DNA from: an uncultured Acidobacteriota bacterium
GTDB taxonomy: Bacteria > Acidobacteriota > Vicinamibacteria > Vicinamibacterales > UBA8438
NCBI GenBank assembly: GCA_913043225.1
Contig: CAJWLU010000005.1
Span: 64,001 to 128,000, forward strand
Reading direction: 5' to 3'
Length of the DNA stretch: 64,000 nt
The translations under genes were made by a program, and so were the position numbers. Positions 1 through 8,684 of the stretch are shown one piece after another. The notes below the pieces were generated by a model. The model worked only from the letters and a program-made list of their open reading frames with translations. It was not told the DNA's origin and searched no databases. Within the stretch, counting starts at the first letter, position 1. Each line of letters starts with the position of its first letter.

Positions 1-185
1 TTCTCCTCATCCACTGTGATGTCGGCCCTTAGCCCGAAAGCACCCGTGGCTGAGGCCATCGCCTCGACCGTGTCCGCGTGTCGACCGGTAAACACGACCC
101 CGTGTCCCGCGGCGCACGTCCGCCGCACCAGAGCTGCACCGATACCCTGGCTGCCTCCCGTGATCAAGAACCGTCGCTGGCCCAC
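1..185 (-). CDS. SDR family oxidoreductase, N-terminal part (runs off window edge)
   Basis: Not in the ORF track. Manual translation from GTG at 185 gives VGQRRFLITGGSQGIGAALVRR...VVFTGR...LRADIT, a classical SDR TGxxxGxG Rossmann motif. GGGGGAG RBS and TATAAT lie upstream. Confidence 0.85.
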   Translation of the reverse strand, partial: MGQRRFLITGGSQGIGAALVRRTCAAGHGVVFTGRHADTVEAMASATGAFGLRADITVDEE

Positions 186-213
186 GTCGTTGGCTCCCCC
201 GTTGAATCGAGCG

Positions 214-219
214 ATTATA
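214..219 (-). promoter_or_regulatory. Putative sigma-70 -10 box (TATAAT) for the SDR gene
   Basis: Perfect TATAAT on the minus strand about 30 nt upstream of the start in otherwise GC-rich DNA. The same TATAATCGC context recurs at 29100 and 35939. Confidence 0.5.
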
Positions 220-321
220 CCTGCGCCTCAGACGTCCCTCTTGACGAGTCGGCGGGCGGCGGGCAGCATTAGACAGCCGCGCGCATCTACCGTGCGCCCA
301 GCGGCAGAAGGGAGCTCTCTG

Positions 322-1086
322 ATGCCCGCCATCTTCTTCACGCACAACCGCCAGCATCTCTTCCTCGTGGCCTCTCTGCTCGCCACCGTCGGATGCGGTG
401 GAGCGGTTGAGGAGCCACCCGCGGAGGACCCTACCCAAGTAGCAACGGCCGATCCCGCCCTGGCCCCAGCGACCGAAGTGCCGGACATGATCGCAATGGG
501 CGGAGCCAAGTCGGTCACGACCTTCTTCATCACCAGCGTGGGGCCCGGGAACGGCGGCGACCTCGGGGGTTTGACGGGAGCCGACGCACACTGCCAGGCA
601 CTCGCTGACGCGGAGTACGCGGGCGACCACACCTGGCGCGCCTATCTCAGCACTCAGGCCACCGACACCGGGCCGGCGGTTAACGCCCGTGACCGCATCG
701 GGACCGGCCCCTGGTACAACGCCGAAGGCATGCTGATTGCGGCGGATCTGGAACTACTCCACGGTGATGCGAACAACGTAAACAAGGAACGGGCGACGAC
801 CGAACGGTTGGACCCCGTCAACGGCGTGGGCGACGATCCGAACCGGCACGACATCCTGACCGGATCTCGATCAGACGGCACTGCCTTCCCGCCGGGCGAA
901 GATCGCACCTGCGGCAACTGGACATCCAGCACGGACGGCAGCGCCATGGTCGGCCACCACGACCGGATCGGTCGTGGCGACGGCGTGAACTCATGGAACT
1001 CTGAGCACCCCTCAAGAGGGTGCAACCAGGAGGATCTGGTCGGTACGGGCGGAGCTGGGCTGTTCTACTGCTTCGCGATTGATTAA
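322..1086 (+). CDS. Lipoprotein with endostatin-like / C-type lectin-fold domain
   Basis: ATG 322 after GAAGGGAG; lipobox LATVGC; motifs GDLGGLTGADAHCQ, WRAYLST, NARDRIGTGPW, TCGNWTS, LFYCFA. Paralog of 44478..45119. Confidence 0.75.
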   Translation: MPAIFFTHNRQHLFLVASLLATVGCGGAVEEPPAEDPTQVATADPALAPATEVPDMIAMGGAKSVTTFFITSVGPGNGGDLGGLTGADAHCQALADAEYAGDHTWRAYLSTQATDTGPAVNARDRIGTGPWYNAEGMLIAADLELLHGDANNVNKERATTERLDPVNGVGDDPNRHDILTGSRSDGTAFPPGEDRTCGNWTSSTDGSAMVGHHDRIGRGDGVNSWNSEHPSRGCNQEDLVGTGGAGLFYCFAID

Positions 1087-1168
1087 TTCCATAGAGCTTC
1101 GCCGCCCGCAGGCCAGGCCTTACTAGGCTTGCCGCTTGTTCCCCATCCCTTACTGGTTCCGGTACACG

Positions 1169-1202
1169 CGAACGGCTCGGCAATCTATCGCCGAGCCGTT
1201 CG
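1169..1202. terminator. 13-bp inverted repeat between convergent genes (probable terminator)
   Basis: CGAACGGCTCGGC-N8-GCCGAGCCGTTCG between the stops at 1086 (+) and 1236 (-). Confidence 0.6.
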
Positions 1203-1235
1203 TATTTCGAGCGCCTTAACCTGAGGGCCTTCTCA

Positions 1236-2402
1236 CTACGTAAGGATCACCGTCCGGCCCAATTGGGAATTCTGCTCGAGGAAGGTGTGCTTCACCTCTA
1301 GTTCCTCGGCGGTGGGCTGGACGTACCCGTTGGTCTGTGTCGCACGTGACGTCACAGTGTGCTCCCCAGGGCTCGCGCCCATCCAGTCGAAGGTGAAGAA
1401 CTTCCAGGAATACTTCTCGCTCATGGACGGGTCCAGCGTCGCGGCCTGCCAAGGTCCGTCATCGACCTTGACCTCGACCGACTGGATCGGCGTGCCGTCA
1501 TGCATGATCACGCCGAACACCTTGTGCTGATTCCCGAGCTTGGTCACGCGCGCGATGTAGGACTTCAGTCGCATCTTCGTGATGGCGGTCTCCTTCCACT
1601 TCATCTCGCCGTTGACCATCTCTCCCTTGAGGGTCCGATACCAGCGCGCCTGATACTTACCGAGATACTGGTCCTCCTGCACGTGGATCTCCGAGAGAAA
1701 CTTTACGTTCGGGGCACCGTACCACCCCGGCACCAGCAGGCGGAGCGGCCGTCCCTGGTGGGCGGTCAGCGGGTCGCCATTGAGGTCGTAGGCCAGGAGC
1801 GGCTCATCAGACAAGGCGATGTCCCGTGGCAAGCTCCGACCGTACTGCTGGTCGACAGTGTAGGTCCGGCCGCGAAACTCGACCTCCTCTTCACCGTGGT
1901 CCGCGCCGAAGAAAACGATCTCCCGCGCCCGATCCTGCAGCCCGGCCCGCTCCAGCACCGCGCGCAGCGGTACCCCAACCCAGCGCCCGTTGCTCGAGAG
2001 ACCGTTTAAAGGTCCTCGGTTACCCGAGCATTCGAAGCCGAATACGAGCTCGCGGTTCGGCATGTCCCGCAGCTCCGCCAGCGACAATTCCAGCGACGTG
2101 TCAACAAGGCCCGACACCCGGAGTCGATAGGTCGCGCGATCCATGTCCGGGTGGCCGTAGTGCTGCGTCGTGAACCATTGGTCGGCTGGTGTGATCGCCC
2201 CGTCGATATGGCGGACATCAATGATGCGGCGGTCAGGCGTCCTCTCCAGCACGATCTCATCAGGCAGGTCGGTGAACTCCATGAGCTCTTCGCCCTGCGC
2301 GAGCGCCGGAAACGCCCACTCGGGGACCCCCACGGCCCCCAGGCCGGCCAGCACGGCTCCGCTCTTGAGTACGTCACGACGAGTGGTCTGCTTCGACATC
2401 AT
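1236..2402 (-). CDS. Tat-exported molybdopterin-dependent oxidoreductase (sulfite oxidase family)
   Basis: TRRDVLK twin-arginine signal; ECSGN Mo-ligand Cys; GVPLRAVLE; LNGDPLTAHQGRPLRLLVPGWYG..NVKFL; C-terminal dimerisation domain (VEVKVDDGPW, GEHTVTSRA). Confidence 0.9.
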   Translation of the reverse strand: MMSKQTTRRDVLKSGAVLAGLGAVGVPEWAFPALAQGEELMEFTDLPDEIVLERTPDRRIIDVRHIDGAITPADQWFTTQHYGHPDMDRATYRLRVSGLVDTSLELSLAELRDMPNRELVFGFECSGNRGPLNGLSSNGRWVGVPLRAVLERAGLQDRAREIVFFGADHGEEEVEFRGRTYTVDQQYGRSLPRDIALSDEPLLAYDLNGDPLTAHQGRPLRLLVPGWYGAPNVKFLSEIHVQEDQYLGKYQARWYRTLKGEMVNGEMKWKETAITKMRLKSYIARVTKLGNQHKVFGVIMHDGTPIQSVEVKVDDGPWQAATLDPSMSEKYSWKFFTFDWMGASPGEHTVTSRATQTNGYVQPTAEELEVKHTFLEQNSQLGRTVILT

Positions 2403-2523
2403 CAGGTCCTTCCTCGCACCGGGTCCAGATCAGGCCCCGGTATCCAACGGGCGTATTATCGCGGTTCGTCCCCGCTCGGTCACCACTTTTTCGGCCCCTC
2501 GGGCCGACCGCTCACGGCGCTCG

Positions 2524-3600
2524 TCAAGCGAGCCCACCCGAAAAGAACACTCGCTGAACGAACCAGAACGCACCGGCCACCATTACGGCCACCGACCCGG
2601 CCACCGCAATCCACCGACCGGCAAGCTCGCTACGATGCCGTATCGCAATCAAGGCCGACGCCACGACCACGGCGACGGCCACCTGCCCTATCTCCACGCC
2701 CAGGTTGAACGAGAAGAGCGACCATCCGAGCGCACCGCTCGGCAACCCCATCTCGCGAAGCACGGAAGCGAACCCGAATCCATGGATCAGCCCAAACACG
2801 AGTGCGATCCAGACGCGCATGTCCCGACCGTCCCGCACCAGCAGATTGTCGGCGCCGACGTAAACAATGCTGAGCGCGATGATCGGCTCGACAACGCTGC
2901 CGGGTGGGCTGACCACGCCAAGTACGGCGAGCGCCAGGGTGATGCTGTGCGCGATGGTGAAAGCGGTTATCACCAACAGCAGGCGCCGGATCGCGCCGCC
3001 CAGCAGCAGGAGCCCGATCAGGAACAGGAGATGGTCCGGCCCGATGAGGATGTGGTGCACCCCTTCGGGCACAAACTTCTGGATGACCGCCATGGTGCCC
3101 TGGCGGCTGCCGACGAAATACTCGAACGACCGGTCGCTTCCGCCGAGAATCGCCTGCGACCGCAACTCACCCGCGTCATAGAAGTTGACGAAGGTCTGAT
3201 GCTGAAGGTCATATGGGAACATATCGGCGGCGACGTCGATGACGCCTGGCAGATCGGAAAGTTCCTGGCGCGCCGTCAGCCGTACCGACTGTCGATCCGG
3301 CACCGGCTCCGGCTCGCTCCAAGCCTCCACATCTACCCGCTGGCCGTCGACCAGAATGGCGAGTCGCTCCCGGACCAACGCCCCCAGCCGCGGCCCACGA
3401 CCTCCCAGTCCTCCTGGCTCAACCACCCGATTCGGCGGCTGGATTCCTAGCTCGTAGGCGACGTCAAAGGCATGGACCACCACCTCGAACGTCACGACGC
3501 TGCCCTCGATCCGGACATCCACAAAACTGAACGGAGCCGGGTGCGCTTGGACCGGTGCCACGGACACGGTCAGGGCCAGCAGCGTGATCAACCACCTCAT
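2524..3600 (-). CDS. HupE/UreJ family protein (soluble N-terminal domain plus His-rich membrane domain)
   Basis: Signal peptide ending AQAH; GVHHILIGPDHLLF, TAFTIAHSITL, FGLIHGFGFA, FNLGVEIGQ. Confidence 0.9.
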   Translation of the reverse strand: MRWLITLLALTVSVAPVQAHPAPFSFVDVRIEGSVVTFEVVVHAFDVAYELGIQPPNRVVEPGGLGGRGPRLGALVRERLAILVDGQRVDVEAWSEPEPVPDRQSVRLTARQELSDLPGVIDVAADMFPYDLQHQTFVNFYDAGELRSQAILGGSDRSFEYFVGSRQGTMAVIQKFVPEGVHHILIGPDHLLFLIGLLLLGGAIRRLLLVITAFTIAHSITLALAVLGVVSPPGSVVEPIIALSIVYVGADNLLVRDGRDMRVWIALVFGLIHGFGFASVLREMGLPSGALGWSLFSFNLGVEIGQVAVAVVVASALIAIRHRSELAGRWIAVAGSVAVMVAGAFWFVQRVFFSGGLA

Positions 3601-3671
3601 TGCGGATAATGGTAACGCACCGACAGCCTATACTCAGGTCTACCCCACGACCGCCCGAGGAGAACGCTCAA

Positions 3672-4931
3672 ATGTCGCCCACACTACCTCGTCGTCAAAT
3701 GCTCCAGACCCTAACCGCCGCGCCACTGGCACTGACGGCTGCCATGACCAGGGTCCGACCGAGCCTTGCTGGGAGCCAATCGTCAGCTGCCGACATCGGG
3801 CCTCTGGATCAGGACGTATTGCCCCCCGGCATCCGCTCGCGGTTCGTCGACGGCATCAACGGCCTGCGGGTACACATCCTTGAGGCCGGATACGAACGGC
3901 GCGGTGGCCCCGGCTTGTTTCTCCTCCATGGATTTCCCGAGTTGGCCTACAGTTGGCGCCACATCATGGTCCCGCTGTCCGAGGCCGGCTATCACGTCAT
4001 TGCTCCCGACATGCGCGGCTACGGCCGGACCACCGGCTGGAACGACGACTATGACACTGAGCTGTCCCCCTGGAGACGTCTGAATCTCGTGCGCGACGTT
4101 CTGGGTCTGGTCAACGCCTTCGGCTATCGGTCCGTACAAGTGGTTGGTCACGACTTCGGTTCACCCATGGCCGCCTGGTGCGCGGTGACGCGCCCGGACG
4201 TCTTCACCGCCGTCGCGCTGATGAGCGCCCCGTTCGGGGGAACAGCGACGCTCCCGTTCGACACAGCCAATAACCCGGCACCCGCGCGTGAACCAGGACC
4301 AGACCTACATGCGGAGTTGGCGCGACTCCCGCGCCCGCGCAAGCACTACCAGCGCTACTACACCACCAGACCTGCGAACGAGAACATGTGGCACGCCGAA
4401 CAAGGACTGCACGCTTTCCTGCGTGCCTACTACCACCACAAGAGCGCCGACTGGGAAGAGAACCAGCCGTACCGGCTGGCCGGACAGACCGCGTCAGAGA
4501 TGGCCAAAATGCCAACCTACTACATCATGGACCTTGGAGACGGTATGGCCGAGACAGTCGCCAAACACATGCCCACCGAGGCGGAGATCACCACGAACAC
4601 CTGGCTACCAGACAACGAGTTGGCCGTCTATACCCAGGAGTACGGCCGGACCGGCTTCCAGGGCGGCTTAAACCACTACCGATCAGGCGGACTTGGTGCA
4701 GCGGAGATGCAACTCTTCGCCGGGCGGACCATCGATCAGCCGTCGCTCTTCATCTCCGGAGCCTCGGACTGGGGCAGCTACCAGAGTCCGGGCGTCCTCG
4801 AGCGGATGCAAGAGCAAGCCTGTACCAACATGCGGGCCGTGCATATGGTCGACGGCGCCGGACACTGGGTCCAGCAGGAGCAACCGCAGGAAACCGCCAG
4901 CCTTCTGATCGAATTCTTGCAGAACGCCTGA
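3672..4931 (+). CDS. Alpha/beta hydrolase (epoxide hydrolase-like) with Tat-like leader
   Basis: ATG 3672 after GAGGAG; PRRQMLQ leader; HGFPE oxyanion motif, APDMRGYG, GHDFGS nucleophile, GAGHWVQQE. Confidence 0.9.
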   Translation: MSPTLPRRQMLQTLTAAPLALTAAMTRVRPSLAGSQSSAADIGPLDQDVLPPGIRSRFVDGINGLRVHILEAGYERRGGPGLFLLHGFPELAYSWRHIMVPLSEAGYHVIAPDMRGYGRTTGWNDDYDTELSPWRRLNLVRDVLGLVNAFGYRSVQVVGHDFGSPMAAWCAVTRPDVFTAVALMSAPFGGTATLPFDTANNPAPAREPGPDLHAELARLPRPRKHYQRYYTTRPANENMWHAEQGLHAFLRAYYHHKSADWEENQPYRLAGQTASEMAKMPTYYIMDLGDGMAETVAKHMPTEAEITTNTWLPDNELAVYTQEYGRTGFQGGLNHYRSGGLGAAEMQLFAGRTIDQPSLFISGASDWGSYQSPGVLERMQEQACTNMRAVHMVDGAGHWVQQEQPQETASLLIEFLQNA

Positions 4932-4946
4932 CCTCGGCTATGCCGC

Positions 4947-7103
4947 TTAGTCCGCCAAGGGATGGGGCCGCAACTGAAAATGGATGACGGCGCTGCGAGT
5001 CCCCTTGCCGCCTTCGATGTGCCAGTTCAAGTTCGAGCCGTAATTGGCCCATAAGCCGCGGCCCTTCCAGCCTGCCTCCGGGTCATCGATGCGACCATCC
5101 AACCCCCGCGCGAAGAACCCGAGCGGATATGGCACCCGCAGCACGACCCACTCACCGGTCTCCGGCAGAAGCGCCAGGATCGAATCTGAGCCGGACCCCG
5201 GCGCCATCGGCACATTTTCGCCGAGCCCGAGTGTGTCGAACTGGTCCACCCAATTGTAGTAGTGGTAGTCGGCGCTGCCTGGGTCCTCGACCCCCTTCAT
5301 CTGCGGTCCGGGCGTCGGATACAAGGTCCATCCCTCGGGGCAGTGCTGGCCAATGGCCTCTGGACCGTTCAGCACCCGACATTTCCGTCGATCGAAGCTA
5401 GCCATGTGCCCGCTACCTGAGAGAGCCGTCCAGATGACGCCGTCCCGATCCACATCGACACCTCGCGGTCCGTGGCCAGTCTGTGTCGGGTCCACCGCTG
5501 GATTCTCTGCAGACGGCGGCTCGTAGACCTCCGCGATACAGGTCTCTGGCGGATTGTCACCTCGGTCGACGCGGACAAGGTTGCCCGGGAAGGGGCCCGT
5601 GCGTGCAATCCAGACGCTCCCGTCGGTCGGGCTGGCGATGATGCCGTAGGCGAATCCCCGGATGCGGCTGTCTCGAGCCTCATCGACCGGATCCCCGGGC
5701 TCGTTCCACGGCCGGGTGATGACGCCGTCACCATTGGTATCGATTACCGTCGGGCACCAGCCCTGCGCCGCCCTCTCGTCGCCGGTGTTGTCGAACATCT
5801 TCGTGTCGAGCCACCCAACGACGTTGGCATCGCCGCTGAACCAGAGCGTGTCGTTCTCGTCCTCCCCAAACTGCAAATGGTGTGTAGCGTAGCAGCTGTC
5901 AATCAGCAACCAGGTCTGCCGCTCCGGGTCGTAGGCAGAGATCTGGCGTCCGCTGGACGGAATCGGGAAGTAGGCCGCGGAAGGATGCCTTGAACCGTCT
6001 CGGCACCAATCGGGGTTCTCGCGACGGCGCACCGTCGACGTCAACCAGACGCGCCCTCGGGCGTCCATCATTGGGTTGTGCGGGTTAGCTGGAGCATCGA
6101 AGATGATCTCCTCGCCCCACGCCGGTGAGGGCTCAAAGCCCAGTTCGGTTGGAAACATCGACGGCACCATCTCGCTGGGCTCGCGGAGCGGCACGTCGAG
6201 CTCGGTCGACTGATGTCTGGCCACGTCGGTGATGATCAGCTTGTCGTTCGTGATCGACACCCCGTAGACCAGGCCGTGCCCGTTGACCGTGGGATCGCGC
6301 TTGTCGGTCGTGATTTCGTCATGCACGTAGGAGGTCTCGCCAGCCCAATCCCACATCGTCAGCACCAGGTTCCGCTCCACGCCGCGGGGGCGGGGTGGTG
6401 CCACCGGTATCTCGCCCGCCGCGATCCGGTCACTCCAGTCCGAAAACATGTCGAGGCCACGGTCTGAGCCGAACCGATTCAACACCCCGGCCATCTGCCG
6501 GCCGCGCTGACCGAAGGTGAGCCGATGCGCCCAGGCTGCGCGGGTAGAGTCGAACTGAGACAGATGGCTGGTCTCGAATGTAAAGCGATTCCCCATCTGA
6601 TGGCAGAGTTGGCACCCCTGCTTGGTCACATCCACCCAGGCGGCCTGGCTCCGCAACCCCGGCGAGATCCCGTTGCCCTGGGGACCGGTACCGGGAAATT
6701 CTTCTGCCGACGGCGGCTCAAGTAGCGAGTACCAATAGTTGGCCGGATAGACCTGTGCTGCCTCCTGTGGCGTCGAGGCAATGACCGCCCTAAGTTCGAC
6801 CGTCTGGCCAGGCTCGGCCCTGACGGGCTCAGAATCCACCAAGCCGTAGCCGCGCACCCAGACCCGGTAGGAGGCGGCGGGAAGATCGGGCAGGACGAAA
6901 CGTCCGTCGTCATCGGTCACGACGATCTTCCGGAACCTGGTGTCAAGATCGTCGGTTTCGGCAATCACCCACACGCCCACCTCTGGGCCAGTAAGGCTTT
7001 GCACTGTGCCACGAAGATCACCCTCAGCCGGTTGCCGAGCGACCAGCACCGCCGTCGCGCAGGCCATCACCACACACAACGCAGCTGTCAGCCCCTTCTG
7101 CAT
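4947..7103 (-). CDS. Exported protein: carboxypeptidase-regulatory-like domain, monoheme c (CQLCH), and His-rich beta-propeller
   Basis: GGAGG RBS before ATG 7103; signal peptide; GVWVIAET..VVTDDDGRF..YRVWVRGYGLVDS; single CxxCH. Close paralog of 37167..39335. Confidence 0.8.
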   Translation of the reverse strand: MQKGLTAALCVVMACATAVLVARQPAEGDLRGTVQSLTGPEVGVWVIAETDDLDTRFRKIVVTDDDGRFVLPDLPAASYRVWVRGYGLVDSEPVRAEPGQTVELRAVIASTPQEAAQVYPANYWYSLLEPPSAEEFPGTGPQGNGISPGLRSQAAWVDVTKQGCQLCHQMGNRFTFETSHLSQFDSTRAAWAHRLTFGQRGRQMAGVLNRFGSDRGLDMFSDWSDRIAAGEIPVAPPRPRGVERNLVLTMWDWAGETSYVHDEITTDKRDPTVNGHGLVYGVSITNDKLIITDVARHQSTELDVPLREPSEMVPSMFPTELGFEPSPAWGEEIIFDAPANPHNPMMDARGRVWLTSTVRRRENPDWCRDGSRHPSAAYFPIPSSGRQISAYDPERQTWLLIDSCYATHHLQFGEDENDTLWFSGDANVVGWLDTKMFDNTGDERAAQGWCPTVIDTNGDGVITRPWNEPGDPVDEARDSRIRGFAYGIIASPTDGSVWIARTGPFPGNLVRVDRGDNPPETCIAEVYEPPSAENPAVDPTQTGHGPRGVDVDRDGVIWTALSGSGHMASFDRRKCRVLNGPEAIGQHCPEGWTLYPTPGPQMKGVEDPGSADYHYYNWVDQFDTLGLGENVPMAPGSGSDSILALLPETGEWVVLRVPYPLGFFARGLDGRIDDPEAGWKGRGLWANYGSNLNWHIEGGKGTRSAVIHFQLRPHPLAD

Positions 7104-7242
7104 ACTGCACCTCCGCATCGGTCCCAAGTCTCACTTCAGATGGTGACTCGATTCTACCGCGCCCGCCCAGGTCAGCCGTTAGCGTAAAGGGAGCCGGACC
7201 TGACGGCGTATACTCTGAAAAACTCCGGAAGTGAGGAACACG

Positions 7243-8214
7243 ATGATCTACCGTCTGCTGCTCTCGGCGGCGACCCTGCTGGCCCTGACGACGACCTCGG
7301 CCACGGCCCAGCCCGCATCGGCGGGACGCCCCCCCGACGGTTCTCCGGCGCCGCGGATGCCGTGGGGGGTCCCGGATCTCACCGGCGTCTGGGACCACGG
7401 AACGGCGACCCCCCTCGAACGGCCCGAGCGCTACGAGGGCCGCGACTTCCTCACCCCAGAGGAAGTCGCGCAGGCCAACCTCGAAGCCCAGACCTTTGCC
7501 ACCTCCGAACGGCGCAGCGAGCTCAGTGCCCAGCGGGACGTCGGCCTCGCCTACAACCAGTTCTGGTGGGACCGCGGACTGTCCGATGGGCGCACCGCGC
7601 TCATTATCGACCCGGCCGACGGCCGGATTCCGGAGCAGACCCCGGAAGCGGTCGCGCGGGCCGCCGCCCGGCGCGCCGCCACCCCCCCGAGGGCCAATTC
7701 AGAGAACCCGGAAGACAGAGGTCTCTGGGAACGCTGCCTGTCGCGTGGCACGGTGCGCCTGGGTGGCGTCTACAACAACAATTTTCACGTCTTCCAGACC
7801 GAAGACTACGTGGCGATTCTGCTTGAGATGGTCCACGAGATGCGGATCATCCCGCTCGACGGCAGCGGACCGACCGAGTCCACGCCGGCCCAGTGGTTGG
7901 GTCGCTCGCGTGGCCACTGGGAAGGAGACACGCTGGTCGTTGAGACCACGCACTTCTCTGGGCAGGCGCCCTGGCGGGGCTCTGGCGAGAACCTGTACCT
8001 GATCGAGCGCTTCTCACGCCCAGACGCTAACACCTTGCGCTACGAGGTGACGTTCGAGGACGCGACCACCTGGATCTCGCCCTGGACGGCGGCGCTCGAC
8101 ATGCCGCGCACCAACGGACTGCTCTACGAGTACGCCTGTCACGAACGCAACTACGGGATGGAGAACCTGCTGCGCGGGGCCCGCGTGCAGGAACGGGAAG
8201 CAGCTGGCCGGTGA
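7243..8214 (+). CDS. Conserved secreted hypothetical protein ('PDLxGVW...YACHE' family)
   Basis: Signal peptide; GVPDLTGVW, TPLERP, YNQFW, ERC, GRSRGHWEGDTLVVET, YEYACHERN. Paralog of 18861..19850. Confidence 0.8.
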   Translation: MIYRLLLSAATLLALTTTSATAQPASAGRPPDGSPAPRMPWGVPDLTGVWDHGTATPLERPERYEGRDFLTPEEVAQANLEAQTFATSERRSELSAQRDVGLAYNQFWWDRGLSDGRTALIIDPADGRIPEQTPEAVARAAARRAATPPRANSENPEDRGLWERCLSRGTVRLGGVYNNNFHVFQTEDYVAILLEMVHEMRIIPLDGSGPTESTPAQWLGRSRGHWEGDTLVVETTHFSGQAPWRGSGENLYLIERFSRPDANTLRYEVTFEDATTWISPWTAALDMPRTNGLLYEYACHERNYGMENLLRGARVQEREAAGR

Positions 8215-8684
8215 CGACGCCCCTGTGTCGTCCGGGTGCTCGCTAGCGCACACGTTCGACGATGCGCTCAAGGCGGAAGAAACGCCCGCTGACGGCGACA
8301 TAGGGCAGCTCGATCGCCTCCGTCAGTTCAGCCACGACCTGACCTAAACCGGCGGCGAGAAAGAAGACCGGATTCTGTAGCGGATCTCACGACAACGCAG
8401 GCAGCCCACGACCTGCCGCGGAATCTGCCGGCCGTTGCCCGCGTCCGGATCCTTGAACACTCTCCGTACTCGGCGCACAGACCGTCTTCGATGTTCTCCT
8501 CCGGCGGACATGGGCTGAGCGCGAGCCAGCCCGCAGCCGCCGGTTCCGGAACGTTCTCGCACGCGGGGGTTCGAGGAGCTACAGGAGCAGGCTCGGACGG
8601 CGTCGGCTCGACATCGCGGTCACGGAAGTAGCTGCACACCGGACGTCGTCTGGATTACACGGAAACCGAGACGGGTCAGACCAT

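Noticed and set aside
16..321. 102-aa N-terminal extension of the lectin ORF
   Set aside because: Overlaps the minus-strand SDR gene and its promoter; the RBS and lipobox support ATG 322.
2170..3450. 426-aa plus-strand ORF (similarly 18807..19832, 29179..30222, 34369..35736, 39695..40861)
   Set aside because: All lie antisense to well-supported genes and have R/H/G-rich shadow composition.
8380..8395. In-frame TGA as possible selenocysteine in the 8.2-8.6 kb gap
   Set aside because: The upstream frame is not protein-like, there is no redox motif context, and no convincing SECIS hairpin follows.
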